Positions 60,933 through 64,000 of a stretch of DNA of 64,000 nt are shown piece by piece. This DNA comes from Myxococcota bacterium (GTDB lineage Bacteria > Myxococcota_A > UBA796 > CAJQPC01): NCBI GenBank assembly GCA_036012755.1, contig DASCPX010000027.1, positions 288,001 to 352,000 of the forward strand, written 5' to 3'. Below the pieces are notes generated by a model. It did no database searches, was not told the origin of the DNA, and saw only the letters and a program-made list of their open reading frames with translations. A program made the translations under genes and the position numbers. The first letter of the stretch is position 1. Each line of letters begins with the position of its first letter.

Positions 60933-61648
60933 GAGCCCGCGTGTTCGGCGATCACGTCCCTGAGCTCCTCGAGCCCGTGGCCGGTCGTGCACTCCAGCAT
61001 CTCCATCTCCGGCGACAGGGCGCACTTGCCGGGCAGGCTCCTGCCATCGTAGGGCGTGACGTCCAGCAGCAGGCCCTCGGTGTCCGCCAGGACCGGGAGG
61101 TCCGGCGAGCCGAGCCGCTCGTGGTACTCGGCGGCCATCTCGGGTGGGGGCGGACCGGGATCCATGCCCTCGAAGAGGCCGACGATGTAGCCCATCTCGA
61201 TGCCGGTCTCGTCGGTGAAGTCGACGCTGTCTTCATAGAGGCTGACCGCCTCCGTCATGCAGACGCCTCACCAGGCGGCGGTCATGAAGAGGATGTGGTA
61301 GCTCCTGGCGAAGTCCCAGAGGTCCACCTCGTCGCCGCACTGGTCGACGAAGGTGACGTTGTCGACCACGTCACCGACCTCGGCTCCGGTGGAGCTCAGG
61401 TCACCGGGATCGTCGTGGCGCCAGCCGCAGGCGTAGCACTGCTCGTCGAGGTCCAGCGGGCTGGAGCCGCAGTCGAGCTCGTCGCCGTCGTCGAAGCCGT
61501 CGCCGTCGCTGTCCGCCAGGGTCGGATCCGTGCCGAACTCGTCCTCTTCCATGCAGTCTTCGAGCCCGTCGCCGTCAGCGTCACCGCCGCAGGCTCGGGC
61601 GACGTCAGTGCCGGTACAAGCGAGGCCAAGCAGGAGCAGGGAGTTCAT
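60929..61648 (-). CDS. Selenocysteine-containing redoxin (UxxC) lipoprotein with Ca-binding DxDxDG repeats, 239 aa
   Basis: Track ORFs 61268-61648 and 60929-61258 are in frame; TGA 61270-61268 gives TAAW-U-GVC; SECIS-like hairpin follows. Confidence 0.82.
61229..61267 (-). promoter_or_regulatory. Bacterial SECIS-like hairpin
   Basis: GTCT-GCATGAC-GGAGGC[GGTCA]GCCTCT-ATG-A-AGAC; G-led loop starting 21 nt after the UGA. Confidence 0.7.
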
Positions 61649-61719
61649 GGGCAGTTCCTATCGGACGGCCCAGCCTATCCTCCGAGAGGGTGCCTTCGGT
61701 CCGCGGTCTGCAAACAGCC

Positions 61720-62589
61720 TCAGTCGGAGGGGTCCAGAGCGGCCTCGATGCCCCCTGGGGTGTGGCACGCCTGGCACAGGGCGCCGTCCTCCAGAGGCAG
61801 CCTGGACAGCGCCGAGTCCCCCGCGACCGGAGCCGCGTGGAGGCCGATCGACGGCGACCCCTGCTCCAGGCTCGGAGCCAGGACCTGCTCCAACCAGGAC
61901 TCGGGGAAGGGGGACGAGTCGGGGATCTCACGGCTTCGCTGGGTGATCCCGGGGGGATGGGGGTCATGGCAGGTCGAGCAGACCAGCTCGCCCTGGGGAG
62001 TCAGCGGCAGGCCCGCTGCCTTGGCCCGCTCCGCCATCTCCGGCTCCATCGGCCCACGGTGGAGCGCGGATCCCGCGTGGGCCGAGAGCTGGTGGCAGGC
62101 CACGCAGATCTCGTCGCCCTGGACCGTCGCTGGGGCGCGGCCCGTGTCGGCAGGGACCGGGTCGTGGCAGCCCAGGCAGCGGGTCGGGATCGCCGGGTCC
62201 AGCATCGCCTGGTGGGGGTCGAAGCCCACGCTGGTCAGCTCCACGTGGCAGGCGGCGCAGAAGCCGCGCTCGTTGGGATAGGTCCCCCTGAGCAGGCCGG
62301 GGCTGGCCGCGTCGCCGTGACAGGCGGGCTCGTCGTGGCAGCTCAGGCAGGCCAGCTCGCCATTCACCAGCGGAAAGACCCCTGGGACGGTCGCCGTCTC
62401 CGGCTTCATCCCGACGGGGTGGGGATCGGCGGCGTGGCAGCTCAGGCAGGTCTCGTCCGCGGAGCCGTGGGTGAAGGAGACCTCCTCCGGGGCGGTCCCG
62501 ACCGATGCCTCGGAGTGGCAGGCGGCGCAGCCCTCCGCGTCGCCATGGGGGTTGGCAGAGGCGCTCAGCAGCAGCAGGAGCCCGGTCAC
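61720..62589 (-). CDS. Octaheme c-type cytochrome (doubled-CXXCH type)
   Basis: 8 CxxCH motifs, HPVG and CH-DPH patterns; GTG start overlapping upstream TGA. Confidence 0.88.
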   Translation of the reverse strand: MTGLLLLLSASANPHGDAEGCAACHSEASVGTAPEEVSFTHGSADETCLSCHAADPHPVGMKPETATVPGVFPLVNGELACLSCHDEPACHGDAASPGLLRGTYPNERGFCAACHVELTSVGFDPHQAMLDPAIPTRCLGCHDPVPADTGRAPATVQGDEICVACHQLSAHAGSALHRGPMEPEMAERAKAAGLPLTPQGELVCSTCHDPHPPGITQRSREIPDSSPFPESWLEQVLAPSLEQGSPSIGLHAAPVAGDSALSRLPLEDGALCQACHTPGGIEAALDPSD

Positions 62590-62879
62590 TCGCCCTCTCC
62601 CGTGTCGACTCGGAGCGCCTCGACGCCGTTGTCTCCATGACATGGCACGCAGGTGGACGGGTCCTCTGGATCCGCCTCGATCTCTTCGACCTCGACCCCG
62701 CCGATGCAGTCCTGGCTGTGGATGTTCCAGGCCTGGTGACACTGGAAGCACTGCTCCTGGCCCCAGCCCACGCCGTGTTCCTCGGCGGTCAGGGTGAGCG
62801 CCGCCGGAGACCTGGTCAGGTCCCGCGTCCCGGCGCAGGGATCCGGATCGCCGCAGGCGAGCAACAACAGCAGGCTCAC
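62586..62879 (-). CDS. Small diheme cytochrome c lipoprotein
   Basis: MSLLLLLAC; CFQCH, CVPCH. Confidence 0.82.
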   Translation of the reverse strand: MSLLLLLACGDPDPCAGTRDLTRSPAALTLTAEEHGVGWGQEQCFQCHQAWNIHSQDCIGGVEVEEIEADPEDPSTCVPCHGDNGVEALRVDTGEGE

Positions 62880-63460
62880 AGGGCACCTCCATCTGCGTGG
62901 CAGGCGACACAGTCGGGCTGGAGGTGGCAGGTGCTGCAGGCGGCCGGATCAGCACGGGCCGCGATCCCGTGGATGCTGATCCAGCTGCGGTCGTGCACGT
63001 CGAAGGAGATGGACTCCTTGTTCTCGTGGCAGTCGATGCACTCGGAGCTCAAGTGGCAGTCCTTGCACTGCAGGAGCCCCATGCGGCTCTGTCCCCCGTG
63101 GAGCTCCAGCCACCCGGCCCCGTGGCTCGCTGGTGGGGCGATCTGCTCGTGGCAGGTCTCGCAGCGCCCCGGGGCCTTGGTCCGCCGGTCGTCCGCCGGG
63201 TTGTGGCAGTAGTGACAGGCCTGCTCGGGCGGTCGGAGGAAGACCTCGTCCACCGCCTGGGGCGAGGCCGGTGTGGGCGCCGCCGCCCCCACCTGGTGAC
63301 ACGCAGTGCAGGAGAGACCCTCGCGCTTCAGGGCGCGCTCGTGGACCTCGTGGTCGAAGCGATCGAAGATCTGCTCTGAGTGCCCGGACAAGCTCGGGGC
63401 CGCGGCCCAGGCCAAGGGAGGGGCCAGGAGCAGGACCATCGCCGAGCTGCGCCACCTCAT
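62876..63460 (-). CDS. Heptaheme periplasmic cytochrome c (c3/c7-like N-terminal part)
   Basis: Signal peptide (AWA), FDHEVH, 7 CxxCH. Confidence 0.88.
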   Translation of the reverse strand: MRWRSSAMVLLLAPPLAWAAAPSLSGHSEQIFDRFDHEVHERALKREGLSCTACHQVGAAAPTPASPQAVDEVFLRPPEQACHYCHNPADDRRTKAPGRCETCHEQIAPPASHGAGWLELHGGQSRMGLLQCKDCHLSSECIDCHENKESISFDVHDRSWISIHGIAARADPAACSTCHLQPDCVACHADGGAL

Positions 63461-64000
63461 GGCAGGCTCACGACGAGGCCGGCGTTGCCTCGCAGATCGA
63501 AGCGATGGGTGGCGTCAGAGGCCGCCTCGACCCCGGCCTGGACGCGAAGCCGTTCCGTGAGCTCTGAGTGGACCTCGAGGCCCCCGGTCAGGACCGTGTC
63601 CCAGGGCTCGTGCAGCTTGCGATAGGGCACGACCGCCGCCGTGGCGTGCAGGCTCCGCGCGTCCGACAGGGACAGGGTCGCCCGCGCGCTCAGGGCGTGG
63701 AAGACACCGCCGGGCCCAGACCGGAAGGCGTAGGCAGGGGCGACGGTCCAGAGCCGAGCCCGTCCCGGCAGCCAGGCAACGTCGACGAGGTGGCCCCACT
63801 GACGCACCTCGTCCTCGGAGTGGGATGTGAGGGCGTAGCTGGTCCACAGGGTCGAGCGCCGAGCGCCTCGAAGACGCACGCTCCCACCGACCTGGTCGAC
63901 CCCCTCCGGCGCAAAGGCGGCAGTGATGGCCTCGCCGAAGAGGGAGTCCGGGTCGAGCGCCTCTCTGTGCTGGGCGTGGATCGAGGCCCGCACTCCAGGG
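63457..64000 (-). CDS. Probable outer-membrane beta-barrel, C-terminal part (runs off window)
   Basis: Continuous alternating amphipathic strands; ATGA overlap with heptaheme gene. Confidence 0.6.
   Translation of the reverse strand, partial: PGVRASIHAQHREALDPDSLFGEAITAAFAPEGVDQVGGSVRLRGARRSTLWTSYALTSHSEDEVRQWGHLVDVAWLPGRARLWTVAPAYAFRSGPGGVFHALSARATLSLSDARSLHATAAVVPYRKLHEPWDTVLTGGLEVHSELTERLRVQAGVEAASDATHRFDLRGNAGLVVSLP

Noticed and set aside
60929..61258. Independent 109-aa gene, or a nonsense pseudogene of a redoxin
   Set aside because: The stop falls exactly on the catalytic position of a UxxC motif with a SECIS-like hairpin; Sec readthrough is more parsimonious, though unproven without selABCD

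Overview
High-GC bacterial chromosome segment, most consistent with a Myxococcota/deltaproteobacterial lineage (inferred from gene content and protein style). Bases 1-47.9 kb are mostly core genome: ffh (partial), dut, pnp, rpsO, prfB with its +1 programmed frameshift, ybeY, a 7TM-HD PgpH-like phosphodiesterase, phoH, ald, EF-G2, coaX, rel, gmk, yicC, a glycosyltransferase operon ending in an orphan N6-adenine methylase, an ECF sigma/anti-sigma locus, a 1800-aa TPR protein, mlaEFD, alr and thrABC, followed by tRNA-Thr(CGT). Downstream is accessory DNA: an integrase-less tRNA-anchored island with an A-X-B / A-Y-B repeat architecture, CotH and lamin-tail lipoproteins, and two-component gene debris. 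The top signal is a minus-strand cluster at the right end: a probable beta-barrel, multiheme cytochromes with 22 CxxCH motifs in total, and a hidden selenoprotein. The ORF track splits that selenoprotein in two; it reads as a redoxin lipoprotein with an in-frame UGA giving W-U-G-V-C, followed by a SECIS-like hairpin. Two window-wide oddities are ultra-short, uncharged lipoprotein signal peptides (8-11 aa) and several genes that appear to need CTG or ATA starts. All product calls come from motif recognition by eye; no database searches were run.
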